Virus record (IMG/VR): IMGVR_UViG_3300032092_000085
Coordinates: 1 to 39,825 of that record
Reading direction: 5' to 3' (one strand)
DNA: 39,825 bases
Source of the DNA: a virus
Taxonomy: Duplodnaviria; Caudoviricetes
The translations under genes were made by a program, and so were the position numbers. Positions within the stretch are counted from its first letter, which is position 1; the number at the start of each line of letters is the position of its first letter. The notes under the pieces were generated by a model that saw only the letters and a list, made by a program, of their open reading frames with translations, searched no databases and was not told the origin of the DNA. Of this stretch, positions 1-10,015 are shown piece by piece.

Positions 1-127
1 TGCGTGCAAGCCTGCTGTTCCGCGACAACGTCAAGCAAGCCATCTCGTACGAGCAGACGCGCCTTGGTAGGTCGCTCAACCGTGATGAGAAGCAGCACGT
101 CATTGACACGTTGTTGCTGGACCGTGC
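1..127. repeat. Terminal direct repeat (circular assembly overlap), copy 1
   Basis: 1-127 is identical to 39699-39825. It lies inside a reading frame that continues across the junction, and 127 is a common assembler k-mer length. Confidence 0.97.
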
Positions 128-335
128 GTTTGACGAGTACGGAGAAAGCAATGTCATCGCAGCCATGACACCAGAACAGGCATCTGAGGCATACGCCGAC
201 ATCGTGGCCGAGATTCCAACTGAGACGCAGGCACAGATTCGTACGGCATTGCAAGCCAACGGACAAGCTGTCAATCAGGCCAACATGGCGACTATGTACC
301 TTGAGTACCAGCGCCGACAGAAGGCAAACCCATAA
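1..335 (+). CDS. C-terminal part of the internal virion/ejection protein that starts at 37943 (wraps the junction)
   Basis: ORF 111..335 is in frame with the ATG at 37943 after circularisation (111 corresponds to 39809; 39809-37943=1866). Its stop TAA overlaps the next ATG at 335. Confidence 0.9.
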   Translation, partial: RASLLFRDNVKQAISYEQTRLGRSLNRDEKQHVIDTLLLDRAFDEYGESNVIAAMTPEQASEAYADIVAEIPTETQAQIRTALQANGQAVNQANMATMYLEYQRRQKANP

Positions 336-3300
336 TGCAGAACGAAGAAACGCCGACGGAAGTCAACCCGTTCCTTGAAATCGCTTCCAGCATGTATCAG
401 AAGCCTGCGCAGCCCGTCGCGCAGCCTGACAACCCATTCATGGAATTGGCGCCATCTATGCGAGCCTTGTCGCAACCGCCGGCTATTGGATCGTTGTCAG
501 CTGTCATGGGCATCAATCCAGACCAAGCCGCCGAGGCGACGAAACTGGGCAAGCCTCTAGGCATTGGTCAGGATTTGGGCTTGCGAAACATGGACGAACT
601 GCGTCGGCGGTCGATGATTGCCAGCGTGCAACGCAGTGGTATGTTGCAGAACAACCCGCGCCTTGCGCAGTCGCTGCTTGACCCAGTGTTCGCAGCGCAG
701 GCGCACGACGATCTGGACTCGTTGAACAAGACGTCGAGTCTGTTCGACACGGTCGCATCAGTTCTGGATGCACCGAATTGGTTCTTTGGTTTCAAGCCAC
801 AGGCTGACATTGTCGGTGGCGCGGAGCGTGGGACATTGATTGTTGAACGTGGCGAATTAGCATCTCGGCAGATGTTTGGTTCGGCAACGCCAGCTGACGT
901 TGCACGCCTTGAGTTTCTTGATAAGCGTCTTGGATCGATCCCATCAGGCGGCATCGTGAGAATGACGGCAGAGGTTGTCGCCCAACAGTTGGCAACGGCT
1001 AGGTCTGTCGGAACTACCGCTCTTGCCGGAGCTGCTGCTGGTGGTGCTGTTCTTGGTCCAAAGGGTGCAGCAGCCGGGTTTGTTTCGTTTGGTGCCGGCG
1101 GCCTCATGGCAACCACGACGCAGACTGAGGCAGGAAACCTGTACCGCGATATGGTCAACGAGGGCGTTGATCCAGACACGGCTCAATATGCCGCCCTGAC
1201 TGGCGGGTTGCTGAACGGCATCATTGAACTGGCCGGCGCCAAGATCGCTGCTGGTCCGTTCAAGACTTTGGCAACAAAGTTCATAAAGGAAAGTGTCGAT
1301 GCGGCTATTGCCAAGCCAACTACTCGCGCAGCAATGGCGATTGCAGGCAAGGAATACACCAAACAGGTTGGCACAAACACCGCTGAGGAAGTTGGTCAGG
1401 AACTCGTGGCAATCGCCAGCGAGGAAATTGCCAAAGCAATGGACGGTATCGACAGCGAAACGTCATTCAAGGATGCAATGACGCGGCTGGTTGACGCTGG
1501 CATTGCAGGATTCCAAGGCAGCCTCGTGTTGGGTGGTATCGGCCCGACCGCAAACTTCGTCGTTGATGTCAAGCGTGCAGACGTCGCTGCCAAGCAGCAG
1601 GAGTTCTTCGACGGCCTCGACGCAGCCAAGAAGGACGGCAAGCTCCCCAAGCGCAACCTCGACGCCTACGAGGGTTTCCTCGCCCGGCAGGCCAAGGGTA
1701 CGACTGCCGACACGGTTTACGTTGAGGCCGAGGCTGCGGCCCAAGTTCTCGCGCAGAGCGGCCTGAGCGCCGAACAGTTGGAGCAGTCGATCCCAGGCAT
1801 CCGCGAGCAGTTGCGCAACGCCCTTGAGAATGGCGGCGACGTGACGATCCCCACGTCGGTCTACGGTGCTCGGCTCGCCGGCACGCCCCTTGGTGACGCG
1901 CTTCGCCCGCACGTTCGCTTGAGCCCGGAGGCTATGAGCGTTGCGCAGGCACAGGAGTTCAGCCGTAAGCGCGATGCGTTGCGCCAGGAAGCCCAGGCTG
2001 CTCTGGCCGAGCGGCAGGAAGCAGACGCCGCGTTTGTGGAGTCTGCCCAGAAAGTAGAGACGACCGTAGCCGATCAGTTGCGCCAGACGGGCATGCAGGA
2101 CATTGAAGTCCGCGCCAATGCCGAGCTGTTCCGCGACCTCGCCGTGACGCAGGCTGCGCGTATGGGCATTACGCCTGAGCAGTTCTACGAGCGGTATCCG
2201 TACCGCGTTCGCGGACCCCAGGCGGTGCAGGAGGGGCAGCCGCTTGAGCAGGCCGTGAGACCGGAACTGATTGCGCAATTGACCGACTCTGAGGTGCGCG
2301 AACTAGCCGACTACGCATACGAGGTCGGAGCAATCCAGTCGGATCTTGACGCGCTAGAAACGGAGTTGGACAAGCGCGAGGTGGAAGAAGACGATCCGTC
2401 TGGTGGCGAGGAAACCATCAGTCCCTTTGGCGGAGAGGTAGAACCACAGATTACGACCGGATACGGCGTGGAAGAATTGATGCGGCAAGCGGCAACCCTA
2501 GCAAGGCAAGAGGGTTATACCACGCAACAACTTGGCGAATACATTCGCACTAGCGGCGACTTTGCCATGCTGACGCAAATGTCTCCTCGTCCCGAAGTCA
2601 CAGACGAGGAACTTGGACGCGAAGCGTTTGCTGCACTAGAAGCCCACGAAGCACGTCTCGCAACAATGCGTGAGCGTTTGCGGCGTAACGGCGATGTCTT
2701 GCGGCAGTCTGCGGCGTTGCAACAAGCCTCCCGCATCGACGCCAACTACCTCGACGCCGTTGAGCGCGGCGACATGGCGACGGCGCAGCGCATGGTGGAC
2801 GAGGCTGCGATGGCGGCCGGGTACACAATTCCCGTGTATCACTTCACCGAATCGGAACAGCCGTTTACAACCTTTGATATTCAACGCGGCAAGTCCGGAC
2901 CTGGCATCTGGTTGACCAGTTCGCCGGAAGGTTGGTATGGCCGACGAATGGATCTTTATCTCAATCCCGGAAAGATTGAAAACGTAAAGTCACAGTTCGA
3001 TCCAACATGGCGCGAAGGCGAGTTGAGCATTGAGGGGATCCTTGAAGGCGATCTAGAAACGATGTCTCGGCAGAACATCGACACGCTTCGCAATACGGAA
3101 CAATATCTCTCTACGTTCTACGTCGCCACGCGACCGGAACAGGTGAAGTCTGCCGACCCGGTTGTGTACGACGAGGCTGGCAACGTCGTCCCGCTGTCTC
3201 GCCGCTTCGACATCACGAGTCCCAAAGTGTTTGAGCAGGCGGCACAAATACCTAAAGTTGATGGTGTTGCTCTGCGCAGAGCGATGAATCAGTACATCAG

Positions 3301-6300
3301 AAATGAAATCTATGCACGCGAACTGATAGAGGAAGTCAACCTTTTCGGTCTTGTGACGGAAGAGGAAGTTGATGACTTGTTGGACCAAGATGCCAAAAAC
3401 CGCGTGGCCGGTGTGTCAAGCCGGGGTGGAGGATCTACTTCGCTCCCAAGTGAAATGGGTAGACGCGGCCAGCATCCATTGCTCGCTCTGGTCCGACAGC
3501 GCGAGAAGGAACGGCCAACAGCAATTCAACGACGTGATGCCTTTTATCTTGATGCCGTTCAGCGTGATGACATAGACCAAGCTGCATACATGGTGGACCA
3601 AGCTGCGTATGCGCAGGGATATCGGATTGAGGCATTCCACGGTACGGATGCAGAGGACTTCTCGGCGTTCAAGTATGGCGATACATACAACTGGGGACCA
3701 GCACTGTATTTCTCGCCGAACCGCGAATATGCGAGTGAGTACTTGGATCGCACCGGAGAAGGTGAGCCGCGTGTCATGCGCGTCAAGTTGCGCATTGACA
3801 ACATGTTCAGCCCTGAATCAAATCCAGAGCATTTAGCGTTGTATCGCCGATTGACTCAAGAGGCTAGGGATGAGGGTTTGACCCATCAGGAATTTGAGAT
3901 TAGTGGTCCACAGGGAACCAGCGTCAAGTATGGCAATACGGGTTTGTCAAACCTCGTTACCTACACCGATCAATGGTGGCTGGTAGAGAAGTTGTGGCGC
4001 GAGGGCTTTGACGGTTTCCGCACCACAGAGGCTGACGGCGAGACGGTCGGTATCGCCGTTCGCGACCCGTCCCAAGTCAAACTCGCCGACCCCGTCACCC
4101 GCGACGAGTCCGGCAACGTCGTCCCGCTGTCTCGCCGCTTCGACATCACGAGCCCCAAGGTGTTTGAGCAGGCTCCTGTCAGCCCAGGCTTCTACTCCGC
4201 GCTCGCCAAGGCAGTCGATGCAATCGACGCCAAGAGCCTTGCGCCGTCCGGGTGGGGGCAGGTCATTCAGTCACTTGTCAACAAGGGTGAAATCAAGGAC
4301 AAAGAAGTTGTCTGGAGCGGGCTGAAGGACTGGCTCGCAATGCAGGATGGCAAGGTCACGAAAGAGTCTGTGGCCAAGTTCCTCGAGACCAACGGCGTGC
4401 GTGTGGAGCGCGTGCAGCTCGGTACTAGGACGAAGTTCGGTCAATACACACTTCCTGGTGGCGATAACTACCGCGAGGTGTTGATTACGCTGCCTTCGGT
4501 AATTACATCAAGGGCAGCAGAGCAAGCGCGATACAACGAATTGGTCGCTGCTGGATTCCCACTTATGGAAGCCCAGCAGATCGCTAGTGAAACTGCGGAA
4601 GACATACAAGACAGACAACTAGAACTGCGAAAACAGCAAGAGCCATACGAATCTAACGTAGGTGAATTTGTTCGCATCATTTCTGGCGCCGTTGAAGGAA
4701 TGCCAAGTCCATTTACAATGTTCCAATGGCTCAAGGATCATCCGAGCAAGGCTGAATGGCAACCAGAAATCAATGCATGGATTGATGACGTTGGTGGTGA
4801 TTTCAGGTCATTTGTCGAAAACCGTGGGTGGTTGAACGACCTTGAGAAGTTCCAGAATCTCAACGTTCAAATAGAAGCATTGCGAGCGGAGCGTCGTATT
4901 CGTGAGCGCGAACAGCAAGGGTTCAAGAGCAGCCACTGGGACCAGCCGAACGTCCTCGTCCACTTCCGACTGAACGACCGCGTCGATGCGGACGGCAAGC
5001 GCGTGCTGTTTGTTGAGGAGATTCAAAGCGACTGGGGACAGGCCGGGCGAAAAATCGGGTTTGTTCCGGCAGTTGTTGACCGACAGGCAATCATTGATGA
5101 ACTCGCTGCGGCTCAGGCGGAACTTGCAGCATCGGTTCCAAACACCGAAGCACAAGCAGACGCATATGAGCGTGTTGAGCGCGCTGAAGAGGCATACAAC
5201 AAAAAGATCAACGAGGCAGTTATTCCACGTGCGCCGTTCGTTGAAACTACGGACGGCTGGCTAGCCCTTGCGCTGAAGCACATCATGCTTGAGGCTACGC
5301 AGGGCAACTACGACCGCGTAGCGTTTATCAACGGGAAGCAGAGCGCGGATCGATATGACCTGAGCAAGCAGGTCGAAAAGATTGAGTGGGTAGGTGACAC
5401 CACGGGTCGTGCAGCAAAGCGCGTCACCATTACGCCAATCGACGGTAATGACTTCGCTTTGCAAGTTGACAAGTCTGGAACGGTTACTGGATCTACTTCA
5501 GTAGGTGGTCAGCAGCATTTGAACAAGCGCCTATACGAAGTGTTGCCAGAAGAAATCGCCGATCAAATTATGGAGCAGGATGGCGGTTCCATTACTGGCG
5601 ACGGCCTAAAGGTTGGCGGCAAGGGTATGCGAAAGTTCTACGACGAACTCGTACCCATAGCAGTCACCAAGCTCCTGAGGAAGTACGGCGGCGGGAAGCT
5701 GGTGCAGGTAGCAATGGCTACTGAGCGTCGTGTCACCAACGATGAAATCATGGCTGCGGAACGGAGAGGTGATTGGACCGAAGCAGAACGCCTAACGGCC
5801 ATTATGGAACGGCAGGAACTTGGTCGTGGCGAAGCACCTACCGGAGCGACTGTCATTGGAAATCAGCCCGGCTTCCCCGTCACGCCCGAGATGGTCAAGA
5901 AGTTGGAGTCTGGCCTTCCGCTATTCCAAGCGGCCCGCGCCCCACGTGGCGACTTCGACCCAGCCAAGCTGATGACCACGCTCCGGGAGGGGCGTGACTT
6001 CAGCACATTTGCGCACGAGACGGCTCACTTCTACCTGACCATTCTCGCAGACATCGCCCGCAGCGCCACCGCGCCGGAGCAGACGAAGGCGGACATGGAT
6101 GCGCTGCTCGCGTGGTTCGGGATTGAGGGAGCTACGCCGGCGGAACGTTTGGCGAAGTGGTCGAGCCTGACCATCGACCAGCAGCGCCAGTACCACGAGC
6201 AGTTCGCGTACTCGTTCGAGATTTACCTGCACGAGGGCAAGGCGCCGAGCGTGGAGATGCAGTCGCTGTTCAACCAGTTCGCCGCTTGGTTGAAGCGCGT

Positions 6301-9300
6301 GTACAAGTCAATCCGCGACGAGTTGAACGCGACGTACAAGGCGCAGTTTGGTCGTGACCTGCCGATGATGAGTAGCGAGATCCGGCTCGTCATGGACCGC
6401 ATGCTGGCGACCGACGAGCAGATTGCCCGCGCCCAGGCCGTGCGTGGGATGAAGGTGATGTTTGAGACGCAGGAACAGAGCGGGATGCCTGATGCTGAAT
6501 GGGCTGCCCTCAAGATCCTTGAGCAAGAAGCGACCGACGCGGCAACGTCTGAACTCACGAAGGCCACGCTCAAGGAGTTGCAGTGGTACAGCAACGCCCA
6601 GAGCAAGTACCTGCGCGAGATTCAATCCAAGCACGACCGCGCCCGCAAGGAGATCCGCGAGGAGGTTTCGGCGCAGGTGCAGTTGGAGCCTGTGTACCGG
6701 GCGATGGAGTTCCTGAAGAAGGGGACGATCCGCACGGACACCGGGGAGGTGACGGCGGCCACGGGCGCGTTCAAGCTTGATCTCGCCAAGGTGCGTGCGA
6801 TCATGCCGGCGGGGTTCGACCCAGCCAGCCTCAAGTACGGCAAGTACGGGATGGTGCAGGAAGGCGGTATTGACCCCGACATGGCGGCTGGGATGTTCGG
6901 CTACGGCAGCGGGGTGGAACTCATCAACGCCATCCTCGGCGCCAAGCCGATCAAGGAGGAGATCGACGCCCGTACCGACCAGCGGATGCTGGACGAGAAC
7001 TCCGACCTGGCGACCCCGGAGGCCCGTCAGGCAGCCGTGGACATGGCGATCCACAACGATTTCCGCGCTCGCATCATTGCGGTTGAGCAGCGGTGGCTGG
7101 AAAAGAGCACCCGCCCTGTCAACGACATGATGCAGGCGGCCCGTCAGGTCGCTCAGGACATCATCGGCGATGTAGTTATCCGGACTCTCAATCCGAGGCG
7201 CTACGAGGCCGCTGAGGCCGAGGCAGCGCGGACGGCTACCACGGCCTACCGGGAGCCGCAAGATCCTGTAACGGCGGGACGGGCCGCAGAAACGAAGGCT
7301 TACAACGAAGCCATTGCTGCGGGTCAAACTCCATTTGAGGCAACCGTAACGTCTACACAAGCTGGCGTGGAGGCCAGTGTCAAGGCTACGGAGCGTCTTG
7401 AGGAGTTCCGCGCCAAGTACGGCGGTCGGGAGCCGGCTGAGGTTGCCCGCCGCGCCAAGCGCCAGCAGCTCGTCCAGAACCAGTTGGCCCGCGAGGCCAT
7501 GCTGGCGAAGGAGGAGATCGCTGTCGCTGGCAGGGACTTCCGCAAGTTCTTCCGCTCCGACGAGAAGTTGGCAAAGACCCGCGACATGGCTCCGATCATG
7601 GCGGCACGGGCCATCCTGTCGTACTACGGGTACGGCAAGCGTGGCGAGTCGCCCGCCCAGTACCTCGAGCAGTTGCGCACCTACGCGCCCGACCTGTACG
7701 ACGGGATCGCGCCCATCGTGCTGAAGTCTCTTTCAGGCACTACTGACTACCGCGACCTCACGGTCACCGAGTTCCGGGTCTTGCGCGACACGGTGCAGGC
7801 GTTGTGGGCCCAGGCTCGTCGTGACCGCCAAATCACGGTAGAGGGCGAGCGTGTGGCGCTCGACGTCGTCCTGAAGGAGATGGCGGATCGGTTGCAGGCC
7901 ATCGGCGTCGGCGAGCGCGTCGGCCAGCGCCAAGCCCCTAGTGCCGTCGATCAGGCTAATCGTCATCTGCTTGGCCTGCGTGCGATGATGAGCCGCGTCG
8001 AGGCTTGGGCTGACGCACTCGATGGCATGGCCGGTCCGGGAGCGTTCACTAAGTACCTGTTCCGCCCAGTCAAGCAGGCGGTCGATGCGTACCGGATTGA
8101 GCGCAACAAGTACGTGGAGCGTTTCGTCAAGCTGCTGGACGGCATCGATCTGCCCGTCGGCAAGATCGCGGCACCGGAACTTGACTACACGTTCGGCAAC
8201 GGCAACGGGGGCATCGGCAGGGCAGAACTGCTTGGAGCCCTGATGCACACTGGTAACGAGGGCAACTACCGCAAGTTGCTGCTCGGTCGTGGCTGGGGCG
8301 AACTCGACGCCGATGGCAATCTGGACGACAGCCGATGGCGGTCGTTCGTCGCCCGGATGATCGCCGAGGGCAAGTTGACCAAGGCTGACTATGACTTCGT
8401 GCAGTCGATCTGGGATCTGCTCGAGGAAATCAAGCCGCTTGCCCAGCGGGCTCACTTTGACATGTACGGCTTTTACTTCAAGGAGGTGGAGGCCACCGAG
8501 GTCGTGACGCCGTTCGGGACGTATCGGGGCGGCTACGTGCCGGCGGCCACCGACAAGTTCATGGTGCAGGACGCCCGCATCAATGAAGACCTAGATGCTT
8601 TGGATGGTGACTGGCGAAATTCGCTGCCGTCCACTGGTGCCGGATTCACGAAGGGCCGCGTTGAGTACAACGAAGCGCTGTCGCTTGACCTACGCCTGAT
8701 TGCCACGCACACCGACGCGGTGCTGCGGTTCTCAATGATTCAGCCGTCGGTAAGGGATGCAAACAAGCTTCTGACGGATCGTGATTTCGCAGCCTTGCTG
8801 GCACGGTTTGACCCTACTGCATACCAAATGTTGTTGAAGCCGTGGCTTATGCGTGCTGCCCGACAGCAGGCCACAGAGCCTGGTAGGTGGAAGGTTGCCG
8901 ACAAGTTCTGGGGCGGCGTGCGGTCCCGGGCCGGCGTGGCGACGATGTTTGCCAACCTGCGCAACGCACTGCAACAGTTCACGGGTTGGTTCCCGTCGCT
9001 GCTCAAGGTCAAGCGGCGCTATCTGCAATCGGCCCTGATGACGTACCTCGGATCGCCCAAGCAGACCGCCGAGGCGGTTGCCCGGTTGTCGCCGTTCATG
9101 GCTGACCGGATGCGGAACCAGATGTTTGAGCTCCAAGGCACGATGAACGAACTGCTGCTCAACCCGAGCAAGTATGAGAAATTGCAGAAGTGGTCGAGCA
9201 AGCACGGCTACTTCTTGCAGCAGGCGTTCCAGAACATGGTGGATATCACGACCTGGCAGGGTGCCTACAACCAGGCGCTCGCCGAGGGTGAAACGCAGGC

Positions 9301-10015
9301 CGAGGCCGTGGCCCGTGCAGATGCCGCGGTACGCCTGACGCAGGGCAGCCTGAGCCCTGAAGATAAGTCCATGTTTGAGGTCGGGACACCGTTCTACAAC
9401 ACGTTTGTGCAGTTCACCGGGTATTTCAACATGCTCGCCAACCTGAACCTCGGCGAGTACCAGAAGACGGTGCGCGACATGGGATGGCGTAGTGGCAAGG
9501 GCCGACTGATCTACATCTACGTCATGGGCATGCTGTTGCCGGCAATCGTGTCCGATGCCATTGTCCGCAGCCTCGGAGGAGGATGGGATGACGAAGACGA
9601 GGACGGCTATCTGTGGGTGTTCATGGACTGGTTCTTCGGAAGTCAGGTTCGCATGGGGGCGGCGCTGCTGCCGTTCGGCAGCACGGCTTATACGGCGATT
9701 ACTACGGCGTTCAACGACAAGCCGTACGACGACCGCATTACGACTAGCCCGTCCATCGCGGCGCTTGAGTCGGCCACCATCGGCACTAGCAAGGCCATCA
9801 TCGCCGTGACCGACGAGGACAAGGACGTGACGGGCCGCAACGTTCGTGACGTCCTAACGCTCATCACGCTGCTGACCGGCGTCCCGGTGTCGGCGCTCGG
9901 TCGCCCTGCCGGATATCTAGTAGACGTTGAACGCGGCGAGATCGAACCCGAATCGGGCTACGATATGATTCGGGGGATGATTACGGGCACCGCCACGCCG
10001 GAGAGCAAGCGATGA
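335..10015 (+). CDS. Giant internal virion/ejection protein; large polyvalent protein with two ADP-ribosyltransferase-like domains, an EEIQSD-motif domain and an HExxH zincin-like domain
   Basis: 3226 aa, positioned as the third ejection gene before the tail fibre. Motifs: YHFT..F..F..GPGIWLT, FHGT..F..F..GPALYFS...YA..Y, VLFVEEIQSDW, FAHETAHFYL. Confidence 0.85.
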   Translation: MQNEETPTEVNPFLEIASSMYQKPAQPVAQPDNPFMELAPSMRALSQPPAIGSLSAVMGINPDQAAEATKLGKPLGIGQDLGLRNMDELRRRSMIASVQRSGMLQNNPRLAQSLLDPVFAAQAHDDLDSLNKTSSLFDTVASVLDAPNWFFGFKPQADIVGGAERGTLIVERGELASRQMFGSATPADVARLEFLDKRLGSIPSGGIVRMTAEVVAQQLATARSVGTTALAGAAAGGAVLGPKGAAAGFVSFGAGGLMATTTQTEAGNLYRDMVNEGVDPDTAQYAALTGGLLNGIIELAGAKIAAGPFKTLATKFIKESVDAAIAKPTTRAAMAIAGKEYTKQVGTNTAEEVGQELVAIASEEIAKAMDGIDSETSFKDAMTRLVDAGIAGFQGSLVLGGIGPTANFVVDVKRADVAAKQQEFFDGLDAAKKDGKLPKRNLDAYEGFLARQAKGTTADTVYVEAEAAAQVLAQSGLSAEQLEQSIPGIREQLRNALENGGDVTIPTSVYGARLAGTPLGDALRPHVRLSPEAMSVAQAQEFSRKRDALRQEAQAALAERQEADAAFVESAQKVETTVADQLRQTGMQDIEVRANAELFRDLAVTQAARMGITPEQFYERYPYRVRGPQAVQEGQPLEQAVRPELIAQLTDSEVRELADYAYEVGAIQSDLDALETELDKREVEEDDPSGGEETISPFGGEVEPQITTGYGVEELMRQAATLARQEGYTTQQLGEYIRTSGDFAMLTQMSPRPEVTDEELGREAFAALEAHEARLATMRERLRRNGDVLRQSAALQQASRIDANYLDAVERGDMATAQRMVDEAAMAAGYTIPVYHFTESEQPFTTFDIQRGKSGPGIWLTSSPEGWYGRRMDLYLNPGKIENVKSQFDPTWREGELSIEGILEGDLETMSRQNIDTLRNTEQYLSTFYVATRPEQVKSADPVVYDEAGNVVPLSRRFDITSPKVFEQAAQIPKVDGVALRRAMNQYIRNEIYARELIEEVNLFGLVTEEEVDDLLDQDAKNRVAGVSSRGGGSTSLPSEMGRRGQHPLLALVRQREKERPTAIQRRDAFYLDAVQRDDIDQAAYMVDQAAYAQGYRIEAFHGTDAEDFSAFKYGDTYNWGPALYFSPNREYASEYLDRTGEGEPRVMRVKLRIDNMFSPESNPEHLALYRRLTQEARDEGLTHQEFEISGPQGTSVKYGNTGLSNLVTYTDQWWLVEKLWREGFDGFRTTEADGETVGIAVRDPSQVKLADPVTRDESGNVVPLSRRFDITSPKVFEQAPVSPGFYSALAKAVDAIDAKSLAPSGWGQVIQSLVNKGEIKDKEVVWSGLKDWLAMQDGKVTKESVAKFLETNGVRVERVQLGTRTKFGQYTLPGGDNYREVLITLPSVITSRAAEQARYNELVAAGFPLMEAQQIASETAEDIQDRQLELRKQQEPYESNVGEFVRIISGAVEGMPSPFTMFQWLKDHPSKAEWQPEINAWIDDVGGDFRSFVENRGWLNDLEKFQNLNVQIEALRAERRIREREQQGFKSSHWDQPNVLVHFRLNDRVDADGKRVLFVEEIQSDWGQAGRKIGFVPAVVDRQAIIDELAAAQAELAASVPNTEAQADAYERVERAEEAYNKKINEAVIPRAPFVETTDGWLALALKHIMLEATQGNYDRVAFINGKQSADRYDLSKQVEKIEWVGDTTGRAAKRVTITPIDGNDFALQVDKSGTVTGSTSVGGQQHLNKRLYEVLPEEIADQIMEQDGGSITGDGLKVGGKGMRKFYDELVPIAVTKLLRKYGGGKLVQVAMATERRVTNDEIMAAERRGDWTEAERLTAIMERQELGRGEAPTGATVIGNQPGFPVTPEMVKKLESGLPLFQAARAPRGDFDPAKLMTTLREGRDFSTFAHETAHFYLTILADIARSATAPEQTKADMDALLAWFGIEGATPAERLAKWSSLTIDQQRQYHEQFAYSFEIYLHEGKAPSVEMQSLFNQFAAWLKRVYKSIRDELNATYKAQFGRDLPMMSSEIRLVMDRMLATDEQIARAQAVRGMKVMFETQEQSGMPDAEWAALKILEQEATDAATSELTKATLKELQWYSNAQSKYLREIQSKHDRARKEIREEVSAQVQLEPVYRAMEFLKKGTIRTDTGEVTAATGAFKLDLAKVRAIMPAGFDPASLKYGKYGMVQEGGIDPDMAAGMFGYGSGVELINAILGAKPIKEEIDARTDQRMLDENSDLATPEARQAAVDMAIHNDFRARIIAVEQRWLEKSTRPVNDMMQAARQVAQDIIGDVVIRTLNPRRYEAAEAEAARTATTAYREPQDPVTAGRAAETKAYNEAIAAGQTPFEATVTSTQAGVEASVKATERLEEFRAKYGGREPAEVARRAKRQQLVQNQLAREAMLAKEEIAVAGRDFRKFFRSDEKLAKTRDMAPIMAARAILSYYGYGKRGESPAQYLEQLRTYAPDLYDGIAPIVLKSLSGTTDYRDLTVTEFRVLRDTVQALWAQARRDRQITVEGERVALDVVLKEMADRLQAIGVGERVGQRQAPSAVDQANRHLLGLRAMMSRVEAWADALDGMAGPGAFTKYLFRPVKQAVDAYRIERNKYVERFVKLLDGIDLPVGKIAAPELDYTFGNGNGGIGRAELLGALMHTGNEGNYRKLLLGRGWGELDADGNLDDSRWRSFVARMIAEGKLTKADYDFVQSIWDLLEEIKPLAQRAHFDMYGFYFKEVEATEVVTPFGTYRGGYVPAATDKFMVQDARINEDLDALDGDWRNSLPSTGAGFTKGRVEYNEALSLDLRLIATHTDAVLRFSMIQPSVRDANKLLTDRDFAALLARFDPTAYQMLLKPWLMRAARQQATEPGRWKVADKFWGGVRSRAGVATMFANLRNALQQFTGWFPSLLKVKRRYLQSALMTYLGSPKQTAEAVARLSPFMADRMRNQMFELQGTMNELLLNPSKYEKLQKWSSKHGYFLQQAFQNMVDITTWQGAYNQALAEGETQAEAVARADAAVRLTQGSLSPEDKSMFEVGTPFYNTFVQFTGYFNMLANLNLGEYQKTVRDMGWRSGKGRLIYIYVMGMLLPAIVSDAIVRSLGGGWDDEDEDGYLWVFMDWFFGSQVRMGAALLPFGSTAYTAITTAFNDKPYDDRITTSPSIAALESATIGTSKAIIAVTDEDKDVTGRNVRDVLTLITLLTGVPVSALGRPAGYLVDVERGEIEPESGYDMIRGMITGTATPESKR
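3179..3240 (+). repeat. 62-bp intragenic direct repeat, copy 1 (GNVVPLSRRFDITSPKVFEQA)
   Basis: Matches 4112-4173 with 2 synonymous mismatches. Confidence 0.95.
4112..4173 (+). repeat. 62-bp intragenic direct repeat, copy 2
   Basis: Matches 3179-3240. Confidence 0.95.

Noticed and set aside
6308-7360. Long antisense ORFs (also 9958-11052, 16474-17475, 32049-32939, 33788-34828, 35765-36916)
   Set aside because: These are shadow frames of high-GC genes on the opposite strand, with no motifs or translation signals.
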